This document shows positions 50,042 through 63,034 of a DNA stretch of 64,000 nucleotides, one piece after another. The stretch comes from Calcarisporiella thermophila CBS 279.70 (Eukaryota; Fungi; Calcarisporiellomycota): contig NW_027192196.1 in assembly GCF_041956535.1 (NCBI RefSeq), positions 602,759-666,758 on the forward strand, written 5' to 3'. A program made the position numbers and the translations under genes. The notes below the pieces were generated by a model. It had not been told where the DNA came from, made no database searches, and saw nothing but the letters and a program-made list of their open reading frames with translations. Within the stretch, counting starts at the first letter, position 1; each line of letters opens with the position of its first letter.

Positions 50042-51373
50042 ATGTATTATCCCCCCATTCTGCGAAAATATGAACGCTTCATGGTCAAGAATTCCTCCGC
50101 CATCAAGGGCGTCGAGGATACATTACGGTCCTTGAGCTATATACTTCCTGGTAATAGCAGTGAAGGGAAATTCGCGTGATTCACCATGGCCTTTTTAACC
50201 TAATTTCCTGATTTCCACTAGGCCGTTTCGAAGATTCTGAATATGTGTCTCAGGCTCTGGCCTCCACGCTCAACATAATAGGCATGTACCATGATGCAAT
50301 ATTGACAAAGGCCGTGATACGCGCCGCCCTGTCTAGTGGAGCGACGCCACCGACCCCTTCGCCGTTTAACCGGTACACGCGCTTCTGGCTCAGATCGCCA
50401 CTCTACTACCGAATCGCTCTAATTTTGACGGTTGTGCAGACTTTAGAAGTATGGATAGAAATTGCCGTGATGAAGAAGTACGGCGAGAAGGGAAAATGGC
50501 GGGCGGTGACCTTGATTGAAATTATAAAGTAGAGCTCCTCCCCTCTCGAGTTTATATGTAGTCACCTCGGCCATTGATTACTAACTTTCTCATTCCACAG
50601 GGTTGCATGTCGCCTCATGCTTTTCAGGCTCTCCTCCTATCGCATGCTACTCTTCCAAGCGTTCCCCGAGAGAGAAGTGGAACCAGGAGAATTACTACCC
50701 CCCGATATAGACGACGAAGATCCGATCCCTTCACTCGAAAGAGAGAAAGAGACTCCTGCGTACAATTTGGTGCGTCCACTGTATGGCGTTGGCCGAATGG
50801 CCGACTATATTCATATCTTGCGGCCACTGATTTATGGTAGGTGTCTTCTATACGCTGCTTATTCAAAGTGAGCGGGTGGGTGAAGTAAGCATTTCTCTTG
50901 CACATTCTAAAGTGATTTCATTACGAAAATACGGACGCGAATCATGGCGGCCCTGGACGGCATCACTCCTAGTTGAGCTGCTATCCCGAGGTCTTTCGGA
51001 GTGGTATTTGGCTTCTCGGGGGAAGTATTTGCTGGAGCGGCAAGAAAACAGCCGGCGGTGGTATTTGCTGCTCTACTACCTGCTACGTCCGCCGTTCTAC
51101 CAATACACAAAGTAAGCCGATTTTCCTCCCCCCTCTCCCCCTCTATGCTTGCGTATTAATCTGCCGTATGGGATGGGCACACAGGGAATATCTTGCTACA
51201 TTCTGCCAGTATGGAGATAAAAAGCCGTTCCTCTCGGTCATTGCGGGCATCATAGGCGATTACCAGCCCCTTTGGGAATCATTTTATTTTTACAGTGAGT
51301 CCACTCTAGAATCGCGTGGGATTGATTTTCAGGGGCGCGTACTAACCTCTTTTTTGCAGCCTCCGGTTCTTAA
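50042..51373 (+). CDS. PEX16: Peroxisomal membrane biogenesis protein Pex16
   Basis: LRSLSYILPG|RFEDSEYVSQ, IGMYHDAIL, PSPFNRYTRFW, YIHILRPLIY, SWRPW, YYLLRPPFY, DYQPLWESFYFY. Confidence 0.93.
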
Positions 51374-51841
51374 GCGCGGGCCCACCGGTCACTAGGAATG
51401 CATGGGATATTCGGTGCCTATGACCTGTATTACATAGTCACGGGGTAATTAGAGCAGGCCGCGTGCGGAAAATCAATTCAAGTTCCTTTGCTCCCGGCTA
51501 TTTTAATGGACACCAATAAACCTTTGACTGCACGCCCGGTGATGACACATTGGAATTATAAATAGTGTTCAGTCTTGGAAAAAATATCGTTCGATGCGTG
51601 CATACAAGGGGAGCCAAGTTAATTTCATTGGAACTCCGCCCAACCGGATCTGATAGTTCGACCTTTATCGAACGATATTGTGAAGCTTCTTTTATATTGA
51701 CTTGGGAGAGGGAACAAAGTTGAGCACAAGCATTCCGACCTTCCCCCCTATCTCGATACCCCTTTCCCCCAAGCCCCTTCACACCTCTCAACATCATTTC
51801 TTATCATCCATTGTTATTCATTGTTGCACTTCACCTAATTT

Positions 51842-53929
51842 ATGGCAAAATCCTTCCTCCAATGCGACTCCGATTTGGAGGCGCCAAAAGTCTCAGTGAC
51901 ACCTCTTCCTAAGCGGCAGCTCTTTGTGCTGTGCTGCGTCCGATTCACGGTAAAGGCTCGCGCCTTAATTGGGAAATGTCTACAAAGTGCTTGGTAGCAT
52001 TCATACTGACTTGGGAATCTTTTTTGCAGGAGCCAGTCAATTACACAATAATCTTCCCGTTCATTTACTACGTGAGTATCTGAAGCGAACAAAGGGATAG
52101 CTGCCCTGCGGCTATTCGAGTTAGAGTCGGGGGCATTTATTTCTGACTTATGCTATTTTCCTCATCCCCCCCCTCCTATCATAGATGGTGAAAGACTTTA
52201 ACATCACCCATGACCCCGGTGCTATTGGATACTACGTTGGCTATATTGCGAGCTCATTTGCCGTGGCTCAGTTCCTGACAGGCCTGCCGTGGGGCTACCT
52301 CTCTGATCGAATAGGCCGCAAACCGGTCATCCTCATGGGTATTTGTGGCGTAACGATTTCTTCGTTTCTATTCGGACTGAGCAAAACGTATTTGATGGCG
52401 ATCGTATCTCGGGCGCTTTGGGGGGTACTGAATGGAAACAGTAAGTAGACTCTCTCCAATTTGATTTTACTTTGGAAACGACATCGCAGATCCCTAGATC
52501 ACTCACGATTTGGCTCCTTTTTTATCCTAGTTGGAGTCATTAAAAGCATGCTCGCCGAAATTACGGACGAGACCAATCAAGGTATACACGATCTTTTGTG
52601 ATTAAATCAGATCCTCCAAAGAGGAGCGAATATTCATATTTTGTCGACCTCTTTAGCAAAAGCATTTTCTCTGCTCGAATTCATATGGGGCCTGGGCACC
52701 ATTGTCGGAGCTGCCCTAGGAGGGTTTCTTGCCAACCCCGCCAAGCAATACCCCAGCCTCTTTGGACATTGGCCGTTCTTTCATGACTATCCATACTTTT
52801 TGCCCTGCTTCGTCGGCTCCTGTTTCAGCTTCTGTGGGCTTGTGTTCGGGGCCTTATTCCTGGAGGAAACGCTTGCTTCAAAGAGGCCCTCCAAACAAGG
52901 GCTTGAGCATCGACCATTGTTAGCTCAAGAAACCTCCAGCCACGACATTCAGGACTATGGGGCCACCGACATGGAGCGCAAGCCTTCTGATTCTACCCTA
53001 AGAGAAGACGAGTTTTCCGCAGGGGATCCTTCGCGCCGCAACTCAACGCCCTCTCTCTCTTCGACCAGAAGCACCGCCCCCTCTCTCCCCGAGAGCACAG
53101 GCGGCTCCTCCAACTATTCCGGGTCCACGACGCTATCCCGTGTCTCCGAACCGGATAAAGGCGATCCCCCCTCGCCCACCTCCATCCGCTCTGCTTTGAC
53201 GCCGGCCATTCTTCTCGCCGTTTGCTCGTACTGCCTCCTCAGTCTTCAGTCAGTGATGTGGGATGAGCTTTACAATTTATGGGCGGCAACGCCCATCGCT
53301 GACGGAGGCCTCTCCCTCGTCTCCTATCAGATTGGGATTTCCCTCGCGGCTGCGGGCGTGTTCACCCTGCTGGTCCAAATTTTCGTGTATCCTTGGCTGC
53401 AACGCCGGTATAGCACCCTCGGTTGCTATCGGGCTGCGCTTCTTCTTTACGTGCCGCTCTTCCTCCTTCAACCTTTTCTCGGCGATTTGGCCGCCGTAGC
53501 GGAGCGGGCCCATCCTGAACAGCGCTCTATTTTGTGGGGCGTGGTGTGGTGTGGACTTGCGCTCTGCCTACTAAGCAAGATACTGTGTGGGCCAATTGCC
53601 TACACGAGCAGCGCATTGATTATCAATCGAGCCGCGCCCCGTGCTTCCAATCTTGGAACCGTCAATGGGTAAATGGGTGGCTGAGATTGGGCCGATGAGG
53701 ACGACACTAACTTGTTTTTTTTTTCTTATTTCCTGCCGATCACGTCAGTTTCTCGCAGTGCATGATCTCGCTCGTGCGTGCATTTGCCCCCTCCCTGGGG
53801 GGCGCTCTCTACAGCTTCTCTGTACAATCCACCTTTTCATTTCCACTCGATCATCATTTTGCATGGATATGTTTGGCCTTGATTGCCTTCTGCGCGTACG
53901 CGGAGTCTTTCTGGCTCCCCGATGCCTAA
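51842..53929 (+). CDS. MFS transporter (DHA1/ZIFL-YCR023C-like)
   Basis: TPLPKRQL, WGYLSDRIGRKPV, GVLNGN|IGVIKSMLAEITDETNQ, YPYFLPC, LGTVNG. Confidence 0.9.
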
Positions 53930-54380
53930 AAATGTACTATTGTTTCATTGCTTTGATGTCTTCTTTATTGCCCTAGTTGTTTTGTTCTAATCCCTATAAT
54001 GCTAAAGCAGGTGATGCTGGATGTTTTGTTTGACCTTAGAAGTTTGTGTTTTTTTTTCTGTATATACAATTGATTTTTTTTTAATAATAGACGGGCTCCT
54101 TGTTTGCCCCTTATCCAGCATTATATATTATTAGATAGTTGAATTCTTTTTCTTCTCTGCGTTCTATTAGATGAGTGCGGTTTTTCTTTCAAAAGAGAAG
54201 CATAATCGAACTGATACACAAAAGCAATTAAATAGAATTAAGAATAAATACAGTTTATCTCTATCACTCTCGACCCGATATCGGAAGGAATTGAGACCTC
54301 CAGATGGGGAGCCCTGGCCAGAGTCCTGGCCATCCCTGTGACACGATCCAAAAGCCAAGCCGTGCTTCTCTCCCCTCCCT

Positions 54381-56365
54381 CTAAACCGCCTTGAGGAGTT
54401 GGGGTGAAATAATGAAGCGCAGCCACAAAGCCATGGCCGCCGAGACAAGGGTCACCATACCGGAAAACATTTGGACGCTATTTCAAAACCACAGCCAAAG
54501 TGAGTCCATAATCCTTCCTTCGGCTCTCCAAGCAATGCTTTTCCAACTTACCCCAAGTAGGAGATGTTCGGCTGCGTCGAGTCGAGAATGGCGCCACCTA
54601 CACGAAAGATACAAAAAGAGGTGAGTTAAGGGAGCCGGTGGACGCATGGGGAGCCATACAACTTACAGAGTGGAGTCCCAAACAAATTCCCAAAGAAATT
54701 GGTAGCGTATGTGAGGCCCATAGCCGGCCCCAGCCTCTCAGGATCGGCAACGCCTGCAACCACCACTAGGCACCGAGGATGAACCGTTAGCAAACACCTG
54801 GTCAACTCAAACAGGATTGAAAAAAGGATTACCTGGGAAAAGGCTAATAAAGCCGCCTCCCATAATGCCGTAAAGTATCGCAAAGAACATCAAAATCCCG
54901 TAGCTCGTTGAGAAGGTCCAGATAACGAGAATAGAGACTGCAGCAAGGAAGGTCGACAAGAAAAGCGTGTTGATGTACCCAATATAGTCCGCGCCAATAC
55001 CAAGGAGGACACGACCAAAGGCGTTGACTCCCGCCATGATTCCCACCACCAAGGCGCCCGTGGATCGATCGAGTCCAATGAACTCGGCATAAGCTAGAGA
55101 TGCGAGTGGATTAGAAAATAAGAAGACGCTGCAAATAGGAGCCACATCAAGGCCACACGAATACCTGGCATCAGATAGAATGGAACTATCGAATTCAAGA
55201 ATGGGTCAGAGTTTAGTACTAAGACTTTTTTTTTACATAGACCATCCATCGCTTACCGATATATCCAAATACGATAAAGGTTCCGTATAAGAAGAGGGCA
55301 ATGAACTTGGTTTCCCGGAAGAGTGACCGATCCCAAAGCTTCCTCCCCTTCAAACTGCTAAGAGGCTTTGTGAGGGAGGAAGATATGACAAAAGCGACAA
55401 ATGACATGATGGCCACAATTCGGAGCGACCATCGAAAGTCATATCGATCAATCAGATACTGGGTCATTGGTGATAGAGCTATGAGATGGAGTAAGTTAGT
55501 AAAGTGGAAGCCCGGCTACATCCCTCCATGGTACCAAGGATTTCAGTTACCTAGGCCACCAATGCCACTGCCGGCAGCGCCTATCCCCATGGCCAACCCC
55601 CGGTTCTTGACGAAGTATTGGGGCAGGATTCCGATGATCGGATAAAACAGCAAGCCCGAACCCACACCGTACATGATGCCGAGCGTGAAATAGAGCTGCC
55701 ATTGCTGCATAAGAGAAATCAATGGATGCACTCGGTTAATTAACAGGGATGTACATCGAAAGTGAAAGCAAAAGGCTACTAACCTCGGTGACAAAGCTTG
55801 CCAGAAGTAATCCAAGAGGCATCAAACATGCTCCGACGAACATGCAACCCTGGGGACCAAGTATATGCATGAGATAAGGAGTAAAAGGGCCAACTCCAAA
55901 CATAAAAGCCTGACCCATTGTTCCAACAAAGGACATACGCAATCTCGTGTACATTCCTGGCCAGATATCATTAAGAAAGAGTTGCTGGTAGATTCCCTAA
56001 GTTCGACATCATTAGTTTCGAAACGCATTTCTCGATCCGGGAATTCAGCTGTCGGAACTCACATAGGTGTAATTGTAGCCAAATATGTGGAAGCATATCA
56101 AGAAATACGCCAAAACTATGAAATATCGGCGACTACGCTGCCAGAGCGAATGCGAGGAGACAACCTCAGGTTCCTCCTTCTCCATCCCCCCATCGGGCTT
56201 CTCTTGCGATGAAACGGTGATGGTGGTGGAGGGGGGAAGGCCAACACCCGATGCTATTTCAGAAATCCCCGAGAATTCGATCTCGTCCTGGCCTGGGCTT
56301 CCGGATTCCAATCCAAACATCGCCTTCTCGGGATCCGCTGCGGTCATTTCTTTGGAGTTGGTCAT
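54381..56365 (-). CDS. MFS monocarboxylate porter (MCT/MCH family)
   Basis: QYFVKNRGLAMGIGAAGSGIGG, AFGRVLLGIGAD, YGIMGGGFISLFP. Multi-exon; stop TAG at 54383-54381. Confidence 0.9.
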
Positions 56366-57920
56366 TGTGGCACCACGAATTTCAAGAAGCGAAATGGGGA
56401 TTCACGCAGGCGCCCTCCGTTTAAATAGCAGCTTCTCTTGGAGTGGGCAGAGGGAGGGGGTGGGAGGAAGCAGGCCACAGTTAGGGTTTGAGTGTTTTAA
56501 TACGCAAAAAGGTTCATCCAAAATTTTCTAACGGCCGTCCAAGTGGTACAGAGTCAAAATCCCGAAGGCCCTTATTGTCGTGCCGATGGTCCCCTGCCCG
56601 CTCTCCTCCAAGTAGAGCAATATGAAAGCAGAGGGCCGTGTTGGCCGTGTGGGCTGATCCGCCGGAATCCCCTCTGCCCAGCCTGTTCAGTTTCGGACAG
56701 AATCCATGGCCGAGCATTGGCTCTGGCGGAATCAGGCATTGTTGGGATCACACCGCGGAAGCTTTTGTGTTAATTCGGCTGACAGCAGGGCTCTGGAGTT
56801 TGCTCAGGGCCACAGAATCCTCTTGGGGTGGCAACACGATTTGCAGCCTTGAACCTGAATGCCGGAAAAACAAAACAAAGGCAAGTCTCCATCGCATGGC
56901 TCTTTGTTTTCCCCCAACTGCGCGCCTTGACGCAGCACGTAGTGTGTAGAATATAAGCCATCAACATTAAACCATTTAATCTCGTGCTCAGCCTCGCTTT
57001 ATTGAAGGCTGCTTCCGGCCGGCTAAATACTAGGAGGACCCTTAGCTGAACAGAGCGGGCACAATTGGCCTGCCGGGCTTGGAATCATTACGGCGTGGTG
57101 GATCACCCAGCTGGTGTCCACAACAGAACTACAGGCACCCAAAGAAAAGGAAACCACAGTATATATATAGCTGGCGCTAGCCATGGTACAAACACTTCAA
57201 TACGACTTGGATAGCTCGACACAGCCACCCGAGGAGGAGATGAAGCGTACCAAGACGCTCGATATTTTACTTCCGCTAGGCGGCTTTCATCTGAAAGTCG
57301 TGGGCATCCAAGGGTCCGTCACGGTCGAGCTAGACTGCATTTATATCGCAGAGTATACAAAATGATTCAACAAATCTTGCTCCTATCCAATCATCGTAGG
57401 GATTTGTGAGTAATAATAATTTACTTAAACCCTTACTCCCCCTTTCTCTCCTGATATGCTAAGGTAGGATGAGTTGGCTATAGTGCCCAGGTACAGTAGC
57501 CTTCCCACGGATAAAACGGAGATACTTACTGTATCCTGGATGCGGACATACCCTTGCAAAACATATCGGAGCAGGCCCGAAGTTTAATATTATGCGAAAT
57601 CCCAATTACATATTGAATAAAGTGCATGTATTCCTACAAAGGATCCATATAACTACATTGGCGATGGGCCCCGTACGGGTTCAGGCCCTCAATGGGAATG
57701 AATCTCTGGCTCAATGGTGAATTGGCATGGAACGCTTTCAGGAACTTTTGGCATTCCAGCAGTTCTATCGAGAATTTTTGTTTTGTGTAATATCCTAAGC
57801 AATAAGGTTGCATTCATTATTGGTTTTCCTTATTTATTCTTTCGAAACAAGAGCTTATATTTTGTTTTTTGGCTCCACACTCCTTTTTTTCGGTAACCGA
57901 CAAAACTGTGAACATTAATT

Positions 57921-59995
57921 ATGGTAGCGGACGGTCCAGATCTCGAGACAGCTACCGTGGTTGATCCCAACGAAAAGAGCAAACATGCTGTGGCCGAAGC
58001 CAATGCTAAAAATCGCTATCGGCGAACATTACATTCAAGACATCTCCAGGTAATTTGAACCTGTCGACTCGATTTCTCTTGTTTTTCGTCATGTGCAAAT
58101 ATGAGTCATTCAGTTGCATTGGAGTATTTCCAACCTGCTCTCCTTTGAAACTTCAATTGAAAAGTTTACTCTGTGTGCAATAGATGATTTCAATAGGAGG
58201 TGCAATAGGCCAAGGCCTCTTTCTCTCCTCAGGCGCTACCGTCGCATTAGCCGGACCGGCGGGTGCCCTTATAGCCTACTTTATAGGTTAGACAGGCTAG
58301 CTGTCTCGGGGAGAGTAAACACATAATTGACTTTTTTTTTATACTTTCTAGTTGGCACGTTCGTCTATTTTGTTACCATGGCTCTTGGTGAACTTGCAAC
58401 CTATATACCAGCCCATGGTGCATTCACAACCTATTGTTCTCGCTTCATGTAGGTTTTACCCTGTCCCCTAATTCTCTATCTGTTCACCTTTTTCCAACAT
58501 GGAGCCCTCTTTGTCTATTTTGTTGCTAGCGATCGCTCGTTTGGAGCTGCTATCGGCTGGAACTACTGGGTCGTTTGGTCTACGGTGCTCGCCATCGAAC
58601 TCACCGCGGTGCCCATCATCATGTCCTTCTGGACCAACGTTTTACCCAGTTGGGCCTGGTCTGCTATCTCCCTCGTCATCATCTTCACTCTAAATATTTT
58701 TGGCGCCCGTATCTATGGCGAAGCCGAGTACATATTCTCGCTTGTCAAAATTTTGACATGCGTGGTGTTTGTGATTATTGGAATCTTCACGGACGCAGGC
58801 GTTTTGGGAGGCGAAGTGGTGGGTTTTAAGAATTGGGTCAATCCTGGTATGCCGTAGACGACCTTTCATGTAGGGAAAGCGGGGAAGACTGAAGATGGGT
58901 TTATTTATATAGGCGCATTCGGACCCGGAAATCCAGTCCTCGGAATTATCAATGTGTTGGTCATCGGTAAGTCCATGCGGGCGTGTTCTGTGCATATCAC
59001 CCTTTTTAATTCTAATCTCTCTTTCTACCTTTATCCTTACATTAGCTGCGCTCACCATGCAAGGAAGCGAGATTGTCGGAGTGACCGCCGCCGAATCGCG
59101 CAATCCCCGCAGGGATGTTCCACTTGCGGTCAAGCAAGTGTTCTATCGCATCGTCGTCTTCTATATGCTTTGCATTTTCATCATTGGTCTTTTGATTCCT
59201 TACGACGATCCGCGTCTTCTCGACAAAACGGGTCACAGGCGCGACGCCACCGTGTCACCCTTCACCCTCGTTTTCGTCAAGGCAGGTGTGAGTGGGATCC
59301 CGTCCGTGGTGAATGCGGTCATTTTGATCACCATTTTCTCGTGCGGCAACTCGTGTCTCTATGTTGCCGCACGCACCCTTACTGCTCTCTCCAAAGAGGG
59401 CCTCGCTCCTCAGTGGTGTGGGCGAATCGATAAGCGAGGAGTACCGGTCGTTGCGCTGTGCTGTACCACCTTGTTCGGGTTCCTTGCCTTCCTCACCTCT
59501 TTCCTCCCCGCCCAGATCGTGTTCACCTTCCTCATGAACACAGCGGGACTGGCGGGCTTTTTCCCATGGATTGGAATCACGTGGGCGCACTACCGATTCC
59601 GCCGTGCCTTCAAGCGGCAGGGGCGCAGTCTGGACGAGCTGCCATTCCGAGCCCCCCTGTTTCCGTTTGGCACCCTGTATGCGCTGATCTTGTGCGTGTT
59701 GATCGTGGTGGGCCAGGGCTACTCTGCCTTTGTGCCCCCCATTGAGCCCATGACCTTCTTCATGCATTATACCGGCCCCATTTTCGTCCTGCTATTGTGG
59801 GGGGTGTGCAAGTTGGTGGTGCGAAGTCGCATCATCCCTCTTGAGGAGGTGGATCTGGATGCAGGGAAGCGCGAGCTGGAGATGGACCATGACTTACAGG
59901 CGGAGGAGCAGCAGTATAAAATGGATATGGCGAAGGAGAAGGCGGAGAGCAAGTGGAAGAGAATACGGAGGAATCTTGCCAGAATTCTTTTCTAA
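57921..59995 (+). CDS. Amino acid permease (APC/YAT family)
   Basis: RHLQ|[66 protein letters not shown]. Confidence 0.95.
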
Positions 59996-60442
59996 AATGT
60001 ATTCTTGTTCTATTTATATCTATTTATATCTATATCTATGTTATATCTATAATTTAGACACTATAGAGAACAATAAACCTGGATATCCCTCTGGTAGAGG
60101 CCAGAAGAGACAGTAGCTATTGATATGGATTTTCTCTTCCAACCAATCTCCTCTCCCAATTGGCAGTGTCTTTCAATCGACTACCCTCCATTGACGAATA
60201 TATCCCCCTACCGACTCCTCCTCTCTCATAGGGAGCATTGGGATGTAGCACGCCGCGAGGAGTGTAGATTTAGACGCCCTGCGTGCTCCAATAAACACTT
60301 TCTACTGCATTTGGCGAGCTTCGTTTTTAGCTCACAAAGAAATGGGCTAGAGTGGGTAGACATCACCTGCCCAGTCTCACCCTATACGCATGTTTAGAGT
60401 CGAATAGGATAAGGATATATGGATAGCAAAACTATGGAGCGC

Positions 60443-61966
60443 CTAGCCCTTGTTCAGCTCTTCTCTCCTGGCCATCTCCAGTTCGCTCAATTGCTTGCGT
60501 TCATCGGTGCCCGCATTGACACGCGACGCATTCAACTTCAAGCCTCCATTCCCTGCGGGCCTTCGCCAAAGCCATGTCCGATACTTCTCCAGTATGTCTG
60601 CATCACCCTCAAGTATACCTCGTACCTTTTCCCCTAGTATTGGCAAAAACTTCATCCCATGGCCGCTATCTCCAGCAACCACAAACACACCCGGAAGCTG
60701 GGGGTGGTGGTCTACAATGAAATTTCCATCAAAGGAGTCGCAGTACCTATTCATTGAAATTCACACAATTCAGGGACCTGAGTTTTGGGGGGCTAAATTG
60801 GCTCATCCTGGTCCATACCAGCACAATTTCGCCTTGGTTATTTCCAGTTCTGCCAGTTCAGGTAGGAAGCTGCGTAGGAAATCACGGGCTCTAGCTAGGG
60901 CTTCGCTGGGAATCGTGTCAGCAGGATGATCGATAGAAGTACGAGGAATGGATACACACTCGTTGTCTTGAGTAGTTATGGTATAGGCATAGCCATCCGA
61001 GTGAATAGCAATCTTGAGATCGCCATTAGATTTGGCGGGGAAACCATAGAATCCTAAAAGACAGAAAAATGTGAGCTTCACGGACAAAAATGGGCCCATT
61101 CTGTGGAATATTCCACTCGACCTGTTTTGGAGACTTCTCCAGACCAAGTGGGGAATACATTGGATTGGTATTTCGGACGGAGTGATTCGGGCAATTGAAG
61201 GTGAATGACGGGATGCCCGGTTGCTGCAATCATGTCCTTCATTCCGGGGACTAAAGAGGTCGTCCAGCTCCCAATCGCCATGATAATCTTTGGCGTTAAT
61301 CTGTTAGCTTTAACATGCACTCGTAATTTTGTAGAGATAGCCTACCTCCTCCCCGTGGTGTTCTTCCCCGCTCTGTGTCATAATCCCACATACTCTTCCC
61401 TCGCTCCAAATAAATTCCTTAAACTCCCCCGCGGTTCCTGTAATATACTTAACCCCTTGCTCCTGACATAGGTCTGCTGTCAACTGAATCGCGCGTGATG
61501 CAAAACACCACCCACCTTCTCTATTGAGATAGCCCGTATTCCATTGCCGATCGAACTGCGGGAATTCTTTTCTAATTTCATCCCCATTCATCGCTCGCAG
61601 CCCCTCCGGCCGTGAGTTTCCGAGATTAGCAAAACTAAGGCGTTCGTACGCGGTCCACGTGTCTCGGCACAAGAAGAGAACTCCGGACTCGGTGTAGACA
61701 TTGTCACCATACCGTCGCAAAGCCTCTTTGCTCCACATTCGCCAGAGCGGCAATGCTTCCAAGGCAAGATTCTGGTAGAGAATGTGGTCACCATAATCGG
61801 CGCGAATGGCTTTAGTTGTGTCGTTGGAGGCAGCGTCGCGTGATGGAATGGAATCTCGGTCAAAGACGATTACCAGTCGATTAGGATCCTTGGAGAGCGC
61901 AAGTGCGACAGAGAGGCCAAAACAACCGCCACCGACAATAAGAGTGCGCTTTGGGTGGGTGGACAT
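60443..61966 (-). CDS. FAD-dependent amine oxidase (fructosyl-amino acid / pipecolate / sarcosine oxidase family)
   Basis: IVGGGCFG dinucleotide motif, AASNDTTKAIRADY, FYGFP, CW|YCDS (covalent-FAD Cys region), GDSGHGMKFLP. 3 coding introns. Confidence 0.9.
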
Positions 61967-63034
61967 CTGAGAGCAGATAAAAATATAATCAATGTAGATT
62001 AGAAAGAAGAACAGAGAAGAAATTCCCCTAAGTAATACCAAGGGCTCGAATATATTACGATGAAAGTTAGCAAAGTTCGGCTAAGCTTAATTGGGTTCTC
62101 CTGCAGGAAATCGCCTCCAATACTGGCATAGAATATTAAGAAATACAGCCAAGGGGAAATAAAAAGGGGGTGGGGACAGGAGGGAGGGTTTGAGGCATAT
62201 CCTAGTGATGGTATCTCTTATCCTAATATATACTTGTCAAAGCTACCTATAAATATGAATCAGCAAATAAGACCGATTTTTAATTTCATTGCAATTCTAT
62301 AAGGCGGTGGCAAAACAGATAACGATGGCGACTATTAAAGGGATATGCCTGCATTCCATTATGATTTGCAAGCTGTTCTGGGTCTTTATCCTCCTTTCAA
62401 AATACCAGGGCTATAAAGCTACTACTCAAAGAGGCCTCTACTGTTCGCACAGAGCCGATTAATATGCAGAATAACTGTCCAATACTATCAATAGCTCCAC
62501 CACACCCCATCACCCGCATCTTTGAGGCCTAGTTGAATAGTTTAATTTTTGGAATAAAACATCTGTGGAAGTGCATTAAGGTGATAGTTGGAGGCTGATA
62601 AGGCTGCTGTGAATTGGCGTGCTAGTGTATTACATGGATGGTTTCGAGTAGGTTTGGGCTTGGGTAATAGAAATTACCCAAGCTCAAAGCCTACTCGAAT
62701 TGTTTTCAGGAGGGCCAATTTGATTTCAAATACAATGAATGTGGTACGTCACCCTTTCATCGATGTTGTCCAGATTGCCGAAAAGATATTTGCTTTGAAT
62801 TGCTAGAGCGAACCAGCGCAGAGCTCGAGAGACAATTATGAAGCGAGTTTTTACAGCCGATAAAAACTTTAAAAAAAGGGAGTTGCAGTAGCCAAAGAGT
62901 GCAAGCATCGGTGGAAAATTACCATCAGACCTATTAAGGTGATTAATAATGATGACGTGGGCACCGCCAAGCTTCTCAATTGAACAAAATTGACTATAAC
63001 CGATATTCTCTTATTCTTTATCGATAAAAATAGC

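Noticed and set aside
62306-62314. GGTGGCAAA (Rpn4/PACE site)
   Set aside because: It is in the oxidase/TF intergenic region rather than at the proteasome gene; a single hit is plausible by chance.
56770-62860. Shared TCGGCT/AGCCGA motif as a cluster-specific TF site
   Set aside because: The same motif occurs in unrelated promoters (about 780, 8622, 30279, 30457).
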